A DNA stretch of 64,000 nt from Antedon mediterranea (lineage: Eukaryota; Animalia; Echinodermata). A program made the translations under genes and the position numbers. The DNA is taken from the NCBI RefSeq assembly GCF_964355755.1, contig NC_092679.1, forward strand, positions 5,734,201 to 5,798,200. The letters are read 5' to 3'. The notes under the pieces are model-generated. The model saw nothing but the letters and a program-made list of their open reading frames with translations, had not been told where the DNA came from and ran no database searches. This document shows positions 48,001 to 60,700 of the stretch, piece after piece. Position 1 is the first letter of the stretch. Each line of letters opens with the position of its first letter.

Positions 48001-50870
48001 GGACCAAAAAGTTTTTATTTTCTGTCAGGATTCTAATACGGTACCTGATGTGACATTTAGTTTATAAAGACCAGAATACGCTTCTACAACGTACAAAAAC
48101 CCATCATTGTGGAAACGCATCCCCAGTGGTCTTCCGCATAGATGTTCCGTCTCGTAACGATCTATGGAAAAAATGTTTAAAAATAATTATCTTGTATAAC
48201 GTCTAACAAGTGTAGGGCGTCCTCTATAGTGTGTTAAAAGTACTGTTAAACTGTAGGCCTACTGCGATATTTTAGTTTCACATTCGTTTTAAGTTACATC
48301 TTTATTTAAGTATCATTCATAACTAGTTTGGAGTTTTTCTCTTCCTTTAAAATTATCATATACATATTTCTTATCTAGGATTTTTCATACAATAGGCCTA
48401 CACTAAAACAAACGTTTTGTTGAGCTGAGCTATCTTTTTAAAAATAATTTGAAGCAAATGAATTACTCCACGAGCATGACGAACAGTAACTCAAAATGCT
48501 ATCCTTTCCTATAATTTAAAATTGAATTATCTAACATCTTATGTATGCGACATTTATATAGCGCTATTTCGTAAAGATTACACTTTGAGTGTTTGTTGAT
48601 TATTAAACTTATCTAGACTCTGAATATTCTACATACCGCATTCAAGTGATGGGTTCTGGTGAAATGTTGCAATTGGTTTTATTTTGTTTTCGTCTTCTAT
48701 TGCTAAAATGTTCCCATCTGCTGTACCAGTGTATAATATACCTGGAAGTAGGAAACAGCAAATCAGAATTCTGGATTAGGCTACTGGAATTATATTCAAT
48801 TTAGATTAATTGATCACATTGATTTATCAATCATTATCAGGGCTTTCATTCCATAATCGTATATCGGTAATTTCAAGATTGTGATTTTTTTCAAGTCAAA
48901 CACATGTTGTAGCGTTTGCTCTTTGTATTGTTTTTTTATTGTCTGTTTTTTGTTTGTATTCATTGTGTAATTTTTCTATATAACATAATGCTCTGTCTAC
49001 ACTATCAAACAAGTTTGACAAACAAAAGTGTGACATGTCCAAAATATGGTATAGTGATATTCCCAAATATGGTAGCGATATGACATCATTATGTCCATAT
49101 ATGGGCACATCGCATTATTTTGTCACTTAAAGTTTGATAGTGTAGACAGAGGTTTAATCATTTTTGTACAAATACTACAATCAGCGTTTCTGCAATGTAT
49201 TTTTGTATAATGATTGAATAAAGATACCAAGTTTGTGAAAGTGGAACCGTAATCACGTAGCCATAACATCGGCAGGGGTTCGAGGCTCACTCACTCCATG
49301 GTTCTGGTGGTAGAACGAGTCTTCTCGGATAAGGACTATAAACCGTAGGTCCAGTGTACACAACTTGCTCGTGTGCACTTTAAAGAACCTAGTACATCTT
49401 TCGAGACGAGTAGGGGGTTTACCCCGGTGTATTAGTACATCACAGCCACTGATCACCAACTGGGCCCTCTGGGAGATCAGTCTTTGACTGAAGAGGTCAC
49501 CCAGTATAAAGATAAAAAAAAAAAAAAAAAAAAATATATATGCATAGCTTACCGTCACGCATCGCGAGTGATTCTGGCCCGACAAGCTTCCCCTCTGCAA
49601 GTCGAAATCCATTCTTTAGTCTCGTATTAGGTTCCAGTATTCCGTCTAGTTTTGGCGGTGAAGGTAATCTTAAAACAAGTTTGTGAAAATCAATTTATTT
49701 TACAACTTTAAGATCATTAACATCGCAATTTTGTAATATCCATGAACTTTATCGTTATCAATTCTCAAAAATCATCAACACAAATAGGCCTAAAGCGTGG
49801 TTCCCACTAGCGACGCAACACAAGGACGTAACGCAACGCAAGTGAATTGACCAATCACAAGCGATGGCTTATTCGCTTGTGATTGCTAACTGTCTATAAC
49901 TTCGCTTGTCATTGGTTAAAACGCCTGCGTTGTGTTTACGTCCTTGCGTTACGTTCTAGTGGGAACCAACCTTAAGTATTATCGTCGTTTTTATTATTAT
50001 TATTTAACCATATTTGTATAGAGGGGGCCATAAACAGCGTACGCTGACAATCAAGGGGCTCTCATATAAACATATAACAAACATTCTGTATATAAAATAA
50101 TTTAGTGACACCTCATTTCTCAGTTCAGAGGGAATCATATTTAGCGATAGGTTGGTGGTGGTGTAAAGTAGGTGGACAGCTCATCATTTCTTTCGTCATT
50201 TTCGTTACTATCAGATACGTTAAAATCCCGTGATTATTATCTCCAACGTCAGAAATATTCTGGCTGTTTAAATGATATTAGCCCTATTGATATTTTACTT
50301 ACTTGTAGGAGAAGGTTTGCCATTGTTCGCTGCCGCCGAACATTAATATCACCAGTATTGACGACACCAGGATCAGTAATGCGCAGCCGAACATCACACT
50401 CTTTGATGCCCTATATAAAACACAGGATTTAAAATAATTATTTCAATGACCACTATTAGGCCTACTCTATTTAATTTCATTCTTGGCTAAACGCGAGTAT
50501 TCCTGGTGACAAACAGAATAATCATTTATTTAGCATATTACTAGTCCGAGGTTTAAATTTATAAGGTACCGTTAAGGCACGGTAGAACTCTTTCTTCATG
50601 CTCTATCATCTGGACCGCCGGGTACTCTTGCCTAATAATAGCAGGGAGAAAAATCTCCCTGGTTATAGACACATAAAGCATTATCTGCAATTCCTGGACA
50701 ACATGGGCCCATATTCTGACAGTCTTACGTAATGCATACCTGGGTTTTCCACCTTGTGTCGTGGTGACTAGTGACGCGCCTTGTGTCGATCTCTGACGGC
50801 TTGTTTCATCAGTAGAGTCTTGTCCTCTATTTATGATTCTGTTTCGGATAGGACGATCACTAATCGGCAT
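45024..50870 (-). CDS. APMAP: Adipocyte plasma membrane-associated protein-like (strictosidine-synthase-like/SMP-30 beta-propeller), paralogue A, ~425 aa, 9 exons
   Basis: Exons 50870-50740, 50410-50303, 49668-49553, 48741-48637, 48161-48045, 47715-47544, 47229-47095, 45721-45529, 45224-45024 (1278 nt, phases consistent). Motifs: TM anchor ALLILVSSILVILMF, GPES, LYTGTADG, CGRPLGMRF, FVNDFDI, ANGVQLS, FPDNIR, LHDPDG, CSEV, LFLGSF. Confidence 0.9.
45771..45856. mobile_element. MITE family A short copy
   Basis: AGCTCTGTCTAGACTATCAAACT ... AGTTTAATAGTGTATGAGACAGAGCT. Confidence 0.7.
48990..49154. mobile_element. MITE family A copy
   Basis: GCTCTGTCTACACTATCAAAC ... GTTTGATAGTGTAGACAGAG. Confidence 0.8.
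49240..49535 (+). mobile_element. Deu/Nin-domain SINE, 5'-truncated, A-rich tail
   Basis: B-box-like GGGTTCGAGGCTC, then GTCTTCTCGGATAAGGACTATAAACCGTAGGTCC...GCACTTTAAAGAACC...TTCGAGACGAGTAGGGG..CCCCGGTGT, resembling the conserved Deu/Nin domain. Poly-A at ~49514-49534. Confidence 0.8.
49794..49972. mobile_element. Harbinger-type MITE family B copy
   Basis: TAA|AGCGTGGTTCCCACTAG ... CTAGTGGGAACCAACCT|TAA. Confidence 0.8.
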
Positions 50871-51378
50871 CTTGTTATTATGCTAAATAGAAAATCCGAA
50901 TGTAGAATGTATCTCCTGAATTCTTATGTGTTGGAAGATAAGTCTGCATGGCGCAGCGGTTTGCAGGATACTCAAGCCTAATACATTCATCTCTTGAAAT
51001 GGAAGCAGGGATCTCAATAAACTAAGTGCTTACTAATATTATATAACAGGTTTACAATAATAATAATATGAAAAACTTACCTGGCGGCGCAGGTAGTTAT
51101 AATAATAATAATAATAATAATAAGATTTTTATAGCGCACATACCACTCCAGAGTGCTCAAGGATAGTTGTTAGACAGAGTCAGAAATATTACCAAATACC
51201 AACATCTATATTAACATCAATGGGTCCATTGAGCGGATAAATATGTAAAGATGAAAGTCGCTGGTATATAACACTATTATGTACGACGCTTAAACCCGCA
51301 TATAAAATAAATATTATTATAATATTATAAATGCATTAACAGTAGCTGAATTAAAGTTGAAATGACGGGTAATGTTAA

Positions 51379-51778
51379 CGGTACAAGCGCGACGGGAGAG
51401 ACGGTACAAGCGCGACAAGGGAGACGGTACCAGCGCGACAAGGGAGACGGTACAAGCGCGACAAGGGAGACGGTACAAGCGCGACAAGGGAGACGGTACA
51501 AGCGCGACAAGGGAGACGGTACCAGCGCGACAAGGGAGACGGTACCAGCGCGACAAGGGAGACGGTACAAACGCGACAAGGGAGACGGTACCAGCGCGAC
51601 AAGGGAGACGGTACCAGCGCGACAAGGGAGACGGTACAAACGCGACAAGGGAGACGGTACCAGCGCGACAATGGAGATGGTACAAGCGCGACGGGAGAGA
51701 CGGTAAAAGCGCGACGGGAAAGACGGTACAAGCGCGACAGGAAATACGGTACAAGCGCGACGGAGACAATGACAAGGT
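51379..51778. repeat. 23-bp GC-rich minisatellite, ~17 copies
   Basis: Unit CGGTAC(A/C)AGCGCGACAAGGGAGA, degenerating at both ends. It lies between the two APMAP-like genes. Confidence 0.95.
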
Positions 51779-52191
51779 ATAAGGAGGACGAACAAATTAT
51801 CCCAAAATAAATGGGTATTTATTTCCCAATGGAAGCGCCACAGAATAAAACCGATGAAATATGTGTTCAAAATATTATTTAATTGCAATACTAAAAAAGC
51901 GTTGTAACATATAAAAAATATATTCTGGAATGTAGCTTAATAAAATATAAAATGACTGGAAACATAATTTACATAGTTATTTTTATTTAAATTGTTTCTT
52001 AGATAATAGTACCATATAAGATTCAGGGTTTGATTAAAGTTTGCAACCGGTTTTAAAACCACCTGTCCTTCATGAACAAAATGTTTCTTTTAAAAATGTT
52101 TATTTATATGCATTTTTTACAAGTTTATATTGGTTCATAGAGGAACATAATTCAAAAATATAATTTGTTTTATAACTATTGCTATTCATTA

Positions 52192-55100
52192 TCACTTTAA
52201 ATCAATTTTTGCAATATAATTTTTATCATAGGAGCCGAGATACAGCGAATCACCAGTGTCAAGGATTTCGCTACAGGCTGGAACTACCTCACCACTTGGA
52301 TCATGCAAACTCTGCTTTATATTGCCAAGTCGATCCAATTCCACAATCAGTCCATATTTTGGAAGATACCGTGGTAATAACTCTAATGGAATAATCTGTT
52401 GAAGAAAAATTCAAAGTAAGTAATGAGTATGTTTGAATTTACTTGTAAAGTCATGGGGTGCTTATCTATTGGATTAGACAGAAGAGGAAGAGCTAGACTA
52501 AAAAAAAATTGAGCAAATATTTAGACTTAAGAATATCTAACAAAGGTATGCTTAACACAAAAAACGACATTCAAGTGTGTACAGTAATGCAAGGATCACA
52601 CTCTCAGGTCTCAATGTCCGATTCTGTACCTTCATGCCATCTTGTGTTCAATAATGCATACATACAGTAGTGGATTTTATTCTTTAATATGGTTAGTAAT
52701 TCAACTACAGTACTGTAAATATACTGCAATTACAAATGAGTGTTTAAACATTGCTGCAACATTTTGGAACCTTACCTTAGACAAGTAGCTTTTAATAAAA
52801 GGCCTATTAGACAGGAAGTCATACAACGAGAACGGCTGTTTGCGAACCTTGGCAAACCCCACCCAGTAACCACCACTACTACTTGCCCGAATGTTATCGG
52901 GCAATCCCGGCAAATTCTCAATGAAACTAACAACTTGACCTTTCATGGTTCCTTTTAAAAACAACCTAAAAAAAGAAATTAAATTATTTCATTTAGCGAC
53001 TTAAATAAAATCCCAGATTCTTTGGTATCTTTGTAGAACATCGATTGAGGTAATAAAAGTCTTCTAAATCAGCAATAAGCAAAAATACAGTAGAAATACC
53101 AAAAAGTACAACTGAATGTTAATATGGTTACATAGTAACATTAAGAACATCTTAAGCTCTGTCTACGCTATCAAACTTTATGTGAAAAAAATGTGATGTG
53201 CCTATATATGGAAACGATGACATCAATCACTACGATATTTGGGCACATCACACATTTTTTGTCAAAATAGTTTGATAGTGTAGACAGAGCTTAACACTCA
53301 CAAATTAATTCTTGCATAAGTCATCTCGGAAAAAAGAAGGAAGTCCTCGTCAGGAGATAACTGCACCCCGTTCGGAAAAGCGAGATCTTCAAGAACAACT
53401 TCAGTACGATCCGTAATGGGATCGTATTTGAAAATCCTTCCATTTGATGAACCCTCGGATATAAGGTAGACATTATCACGTCGTTGCCAACGAGAACTTG
53501 AGTCTGTGAAGTACACCACACCGTCGGAGGTCACATCAAGGTCATTCACAAATTGCATACGATCACCTATTTGCTGGTCATTGTGTTTTGAAAGATGTCT
53601 GGCAGTGCCTAGTAGTAGAAAGATTTATTTGTTATTGTATCTGTCTGGTAGAAAGCAGATAAAAGTCTGTGGGAATCAAGAAGCAGTAACACCATAGATA
53701 TATGAAGAAGAATACTTTATTACTGTAGTAGTAGAAGTGGATTTGTAGGAGCCAATTTATAGGTCAAAGTTCACAAACCTGAAGTTAAATTAATCTTATA
53801 TAATCCTGAATAGGCTTCTGCAACATACAATGAAGATCCGGATTTATCGAATCGTAGGCCTAGAGGCCGGCCACATATATGCTCCACATCTGCAAGACCT
53901 GAACAAAATAATTTATATACTAATGATAAAATATCTTATTATGAAATAATTTTGTTGTTATTCTTTATCCACTTGAGCTGGCTACACTTACCACATGGTA
54001 TCTTCTCACTATCTTGATTGGCATGGAATGATGCTATATTGTTTACATCTGTACCATTTATTGCGATTAATTGTCCATCTCCAGTCCCTGTGTATATAAC
54101 CCCTGTATAATGCAAAAATAATTAATTATAAAACCATATAATGTATATATTTATATAAAGTAATGACTTTATATAGGTATGAAGAAAAAGTGTATTATAA
54201 GTACAGATGTTGGTGCAATGATCTTTTGTTTCTTAAGATGGAGAGAGCACCACATCATCTCCTCAAAAGCTCTGTCTACACTATCAAACTTTATGTGATG
54301 TGTGATGTGCTCATATATGGACATGTCATATTTAAGCATATCACTACCATATTTGGGCACATCACACTTACTTTATTCAAACTAGTTTGATAGTGTAGAC
54401 AGAGCTTAATACCTACCATCTTTAATGGCAAGAGATTCTGGTCCAAACACTTTGCCTTTAAGTAGTATTTTAGCACTTTGCAATTTAGTGTTTGGTGATA
54501 GACTTCCTTCAAATATTGGTGGCGGTGGTAATCTGAAAAAAATATAAACCGATCATTTACATACTGTAAGAAAATATATAATGTGAAATAGAAACAAGTT
54601 TCTAGTTGGCCAAACTGGAGTTTCCAAAAGTAGACTTTTGTTTACTAATATCAGTTGCAGTAGATCCTCCTAGGCTGCATTTCCGCAGCCAAAACAAAAT
54701 TATCGGTTATTTTTTAACCAATAATCATATAATTAATCCTAAGTAAAAAAAAGGTGTGAAGTGAAAATTATAAATTTTTATATGTTAATAATTTTTGTCT
54801 GCATAAACAGAAACATAGATTTAGTTTGCTATTTAGGAATCAGGTAAAGGACAAAATAAAACTAATTATCGGGAACAAAAACTTACTTAAATGTTACTGG
54901 TTGAATTGGAGCATCAAGAAAACAAAAGAACAATAATATTGAGCCTATAAATAGAAAGACTATTTCAAGGAAGATATTGCACTTTGACCTGAAATATAAA
55001 ATAAAGTAGTTTACAACAAAGAACATGACACAATTTATAACCCTCATATGGATTGGCATTTACCTTTTAAAAGCAGCTATTTTATACCTCGACTGTTGTT

Positions 55101-55343
55101 TTTATTTTAAATTTAAAATTAATATGCTACACTTTCAACCAATTACCTTTTTTGTTTTACATAATTTATTGGTTTCTTTTTCATTTGACTATCGTCCCGT
55201 TGTTGGTCGTTTTCCTTTTCTTTGTCATTTTCTTTATCCTTTCCATTGGTAATAATTGGTTTAACAGGCACTTTTCGTCGCCTTTTTCTGCCTTTTAACC
55301 AATCACTTTCAAACAAAATAAGAAGTATTAACTTACTGAACAT
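52192..55343 (-). CDS. APMAP: APMAP-like paralogue B, ~448 aa, 8 exons (start codon less certain)
   Basis: Exons 55343-55147, 54988-54887, 54532-54417, 54102-53992, 53898-53779, 53608-53302, 52965-52776, 52395-52192 (1347 nt, phases consistent). Motifs: TM IFLEIVFLFIGSILLFFCFL, GPES, IYTGTGDG, CGRPLGLRF, FVNDLDV, YFTDSSSRWQRR, FPNGVQLSPDEDF, LPGLPDNIRASSSGGYWVG, LHDPSG, LYLGSY. Confidence 0.9.
53155..53291. mobile_element. MITE family A copy
   Basis: TTA|AGCTCTGTCTACGCTATCAAACT ... AGTTTGATAGTGTAGACAGAGCT|TAA. Confidence 0.85.
54268..54406. mobile_element. MITE family A copy
   Basis: AGCTCTGTCTACACTATCAAACT ... AGTTTGATAGTGTAGACAGAGCT, with perfect TIRs. Confidence 0.85.
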
Positions 55344-57729
55344 GAATGAAGGGTTTCGTTTCGTTTCGTTTATTTATCGTTTTCCACTCACTTATATATA
55401 TATATATATATATCATTTACATAACATATATTAAATGTGGGTGGATGGAAGTCACAGTAAGTTCACTGAACTTTAAGTCGTGACTCCCGTATGCCTATAA
55501 GTATACTAATATTGCTACAGAGTAGACTAAAATATGAATATATAATAGTGAACGTACATAAAATAAAAAAAAAAATAAAAAATTTAAATTATAGAAGTTA
55601 AGATAAACCAGGCAATTATATAATATAATGATAAAAGGGATAATGATAACAATTAGAGTACAATATGAAATATAATTAAATATGGTATAATAACAAGTAT
55701 AACGATACAATGTAGCGGAGATTATTGAATACCAGGGTGAAGGATTTAATGCCATGTATCACCACGAAATAAATAAGGATAATATTAAAAGATCGGCGAA
55801 AATTATGTAGCATATTCTGACACCATTTTGTGTTTGATATTAGATTTAAAACTAGAAAAGGAAGATTTCTGTTTAAGTTTACAACAAGGGTCATGTAAAG
55901 TTTAATAATACTTTTTTCTATCTGTAAATTATTATAATTATTACTTTATATTATTTTAGGCCTAGATTAGATAAATCATAAGAGGCTAAGCTAGTCCATA
56001 TTCGGCGAACAATTTGAAGGAAATCATAAAACTATCTGGAAATGCAAGCTAGGCCTATGTCTGGTAAACACGTAATCTTTTCCATTCAGCTCACACTCAA
56101 AAAGGTTAGGCCTACATGTTTATGTTATCTCAGCAGCTGAAGTAGTCGATTTGTCAGGGCGCCGCCGCACACTTCCTTCCTGCTCAATCGGGCCTAGAAA
56201 TCTAGTCGGCTGTTATTATTGAAAGGAACAACTAGGTTTGGTTAAAATACTTACATTAACATAATTGTGTTTTTGAGGTTACTTTAGTAATTCAGGATCA
56301 TGCCAGGATCGACTGTTTTCAGTGTACACGTATTTTAAAAATATTATTTGGTTTTTATTTACTTCGGGTGCTTCGGGTCAGTAACTTCCTCCTGTTTTTT
56401 TGTACGCGTTACGTTTATACACCGCCCCCACACACCACACAATAGAAAAAAATTATTAGTTATGGAATGCCAACTAAGCATAAACTTACTAGAGGGGTTA
56501 GTTATTTTATTTTGACATCTCAGAGTTGTCAATTCCATATTTTATACATGCTTATACTTCCATTATGAAATTGTTTTAGAACATAACAATACACACACAA
56601 TAACAATAGCAAACTCTATTAAGAATATGTTTTTATTATTTTTTTAAAATCTTCTCTAAACAACAATAAATAATTAATAAACCTGAAACCAACGGCCAGC
56701 ATAAAAACATGACTATTATAATAAGACTACAGTATATAAGAAAACAGTTACATTTCAATAAGTCCAAAAGTCAATCGGGACAAAATAGTGCCAGCCTAGA
56801 TGGAATTTTTTGTCCCGATTGACCTTTAAATATGACGCCCTCTGGAGTTATCGAAGTCGCTTATTCAGTATTTTATATTAAAGTGTTATGAATTGAATTC
56901 AGAGAAATTGAGACAATAAATTTATGAAAATGGAATGAATTCTCGCCAAGTCATCTAATTTACGTCAACTCATACCTCCATGGTCAACTCAAAAACAAAA
57001 AGGTAGTACTAAAAACATATCAAGAGCCAGAGAAATCAAAATAACAGTCATTAAAGTAAATACATTTTTTACTTGAAACAAATATCTAATATTGCTTTTT
57101 CTATGTAAAAAGTTGGCAAGTACCTAGAACGAATAAACTACACAAAATGCTATAAAAATAGTTTACGCTTCACTGAGTACTGTAAATACACATAACATAA
57201 TCTTTTACAATACATACCATTATTGTATTGCAATATAGAGATCAATAAAATACTAATATTTACAGGTTAAGCTTAATATGGGATCCAAGGTTCTTTATTT
57301 TCTCAACTAACTGAAAGCCTAGAACATTTGCATAATTCATGAACATCAATGATATGTTATTTCTTTCTTTGACTTTGTCTTCAACTATGGTGAATTTTAA
57401 TTTATTTTTTTTCTATATTTAATTAAGTAATTTGTAAAGTCTTATTACTATAAAGTTCATGAAAAGTGGAATGTAGTTATTTTAAATTTCTGTTATTTCA
57501 TTTTGAGAAAACTATATAAAAATACAATGGTATATAATGCAACACAATATAGTGTAATATTTAAACTTGAGTATAAAGGATATGAACATTTTATATTTAT
57601 TGTTAAATGTGCCTATAGTGCCAAAGTTAAACTAATGTTATTTTATACATTCCAACTAGCCATCTTGCTATGATCATTCAAATTGTGACAGACTTGCATC
57701 TTATGTCATGATGTAATTGGTTGAAAAGC

Positions 57730-60700
57730 TTAAATTGGGTGTGTTTTTTGGTCAACAGCAGCAGTATAGGCAGGGGCTGGTGGGTACGCAGCTCCTGGTG
57801 GGGGTGGGTACGCAGCTCCTTGTGGGGGTGGGTACGCAGCTCCTGCTGGGGGTGGATATGCACCTCCTGGGGGTGGATAAGCACCGCCTGGAGGTGGGTA
57901 TGCACCTCCTTGTGGTGGATAAGCACCTCCAGGGTGAGTGTAAGCTTGTTGTACCACAACTTGACCTTGTTGCTGAGGAACTGTGAAAAAATAAAAACAG
58001 CAATTTAAAATTTACTTATAATATTATAATAAAGTAGTACATATAGCTGACGATTAAATAATTAAAAATTTTGCTTATTAGCCGTAACTTGTTTTACTAA
58101 TGGCATATATACAAACCATGCTTTGTCTAGAAATAAAATTCCAGCATAATGTATTGTTAAATAAGCCTGTTTTTGAAAAACTGATTTTAATATCTCCCAA
58201 TTACTTCCTCCGGAAAGTGAAAGCAAATAACATATACATGCTTCATTGAAATACATCAGTGTATCCAATTTCTAAAGCCCTGTCTACACTAACAAACTTT
58301 ATGTGATGTGCCCATATATGGCCATGATGATGTCATATTTGGGCACATCACACATATTTTTTTTAAATTAGTTTGATAGTGTACAGACAGTAGTGACAGA
58401 GCTTAAAATGATTTTTATTGGATAAATTGCTTTATTAAGAAAGATGAGATAACTTACCAGTGGTGACAACCGTTCTCGTTCTTGGTTTGGTGGCGCAAAC
58501 ACAGCCGCAAACACAACATGCAATAATGCCACCAACAATACCAACCACGATCAGGATACTGATGACAATTGCTGCAATGACAGCTGAACTGATGGCACTA
58601 CAACCAAAAAACAAACCATACAAATTAGTAATTAGCAACCAGGACTAAAAACTAAGCCAGGTTCATATGGCTCTCTTGCCAGGCTACACTCAATCAGCAG
58701 ATATTGTACTCATGTTAATTCTCAACCAAACATGGGCTACAAGAGTGCGGAGATAAGGTGATTAATACTTCTAAGTTTTAAAATCATCCATCATCCGTGG
58801 CATGTTTGCAAAACCAACAGCTATGTCACAATAGTGATAGTACTGATATTAACATTCAGAAAATGAAATACAGTCATGCATGACATCTGAATACGTTATA
58901 TTAATGAATAAATGACGGCAATGCTGCTCCCTCAACAGAATTTAATCATCCCTGTTTGTGTAAAATACTGTCAGTGGCATATAAACTCAGGAGGCGATTG
59001 CTCCTGGTTTAGCATTCCTAAAAGACTCTACAATACTGGGTAGTTGATAGGACTGCTCATTCTTGGGGCTACTTGCTCTGGGCCACTGGGGTTAGCCAGT
59101 GAATGCTCATAGCCATATGCCACTGATGTAGGCCTACTGTACTTACTCTACAATATCATTGTAACTTTGATAGGCATCATAATCACAGCAGTAATAGTAT
59201 CCTGATTCACCACAGCAGTAACTCTCGTCATTGTCAAAGTCAAAGCTGAAAGTGTTTGGACATGTTAGCTCTGTGTAACCATTATCATCTTTGCAGAAAT
59301 CTGCATTTACTGTTTAAAAAAAATATATAATTAATGAGAAATCTCAATTTTTTACATCTGATTTCAGAAGGTCCAGTTTTATGATTTAGGAGAAATTTAA
59401 TTCTTACAATATGTAATTCTTACTAAAAGTTAAGCTTAATTAAGATGGTCAACTACAGTTAACTCCCAATACCGGACACCTTTAGGTTTGCCAAATATGT
59501 CAAGTTTTCTGGAATATCTGGAACCGTCTACCTTTACTTTAGAAAAATGTCCTCAAAGAAACACTTTAATTTTAAGCTTAAACTTTATCTACTAGAAAAA
59601 AATGATTTGTAAATAATGTTATACTATTATATTTAAACTTATTTATTAATTTAACCTTACAATCAATTGTGTTAATAATTAAAGCATTTACTTAAAGGCC
59701 AAAACTCAAGTAGCAAAAGCGGATTTTTTATGAAGTTAAATTTTTTATGTTATGTTATGAGACTGAGATTGACAAATAAAGTATTTACACACTAGGAATG
59801 TGTTTTTAATGGTAAAAAGAAATTTGAGACATTATGGTCCTCAAGAAAAAAACTGGTATTAGGAGAGTTTCTGGCTTTCAGATTCGGGTATTGGGAGAGT
59901 TGACTATACTGTATATTAAAAATGATAGGACTTGTTCTGTAGAAATTAGTGACTGGAAAAAAACTCTAAACTCTATATAGGATTCCACAGGATTTCTTTA
60001 GGTACACAGATAGAATATTTGTAACTACTCCATTTCAGACTGCAATTCAGTCACATGATGAAGGAAAAGGGCGATTTAACATAGCTACTAGTCAATAACA
60101 AAAGATAAATACACAAAGTGAAAATCAATACTAGAACACACATTGTATGGTGTTTTCATACAATATAGACCTTGATAATGCTGCTCTATCATCTATACCT
60201 ACATACAATGGGACTTACATAAGAAAAGAATAACATACCATGACATAGTATTTATTATTTATGCACAAATACAAAACATAGATCATAAAAATGGTTAAAG
60301 ACCCATTTCCTACAATTGTTGATGTCTTGTAAAAGTATTATTACATATTATATTAAACATTAAACCAGCTAGTTATAGGCCTAGCCTGGCATCTAGTTGC
60401 TGCATTAATTGTCTTTCTAGAATCTGTTAACACAAATTGTTGAAAATCCGATATTTTCGCTGAAAAGTTACGATTCTTTCATTGTTTTGCCTTCACAGTT
60501 GATTGAAAGTTGGTCAGTCGCAGAAGAATCACAATATCAATCCGCTCGCAATGCATGTTGGGATTTATAATACTGTATATGAATTGGATTCAACTTATTT
60601 TTACACTTTTAACCATTTAAAAGACAGAAAAAGTTAGTAATAGGACCATGTAGTATTTATTTTATATTAAATGTAGTTTGGACTTTAAATCATGTTGCCT

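Noticed and set aside
50110-50265. Disrupted extra exon suggesting APMAP-A is a pseudogene
   Set aside because: Exon 50410-50303 supplies the TM segment and splices in phase to 49668, giving an intact model without it.
51317-51888. Five overlapping Arg/Cys-rich ORFs
   Set aside because: All arise from the 23-bp minisatellite, which is open in many frames.
57678-58008. Several overlapping ORFs on both strands
   Set aside because: Alternate frames of the Pro/Tyr repeat exon of the Shisa-like gene.
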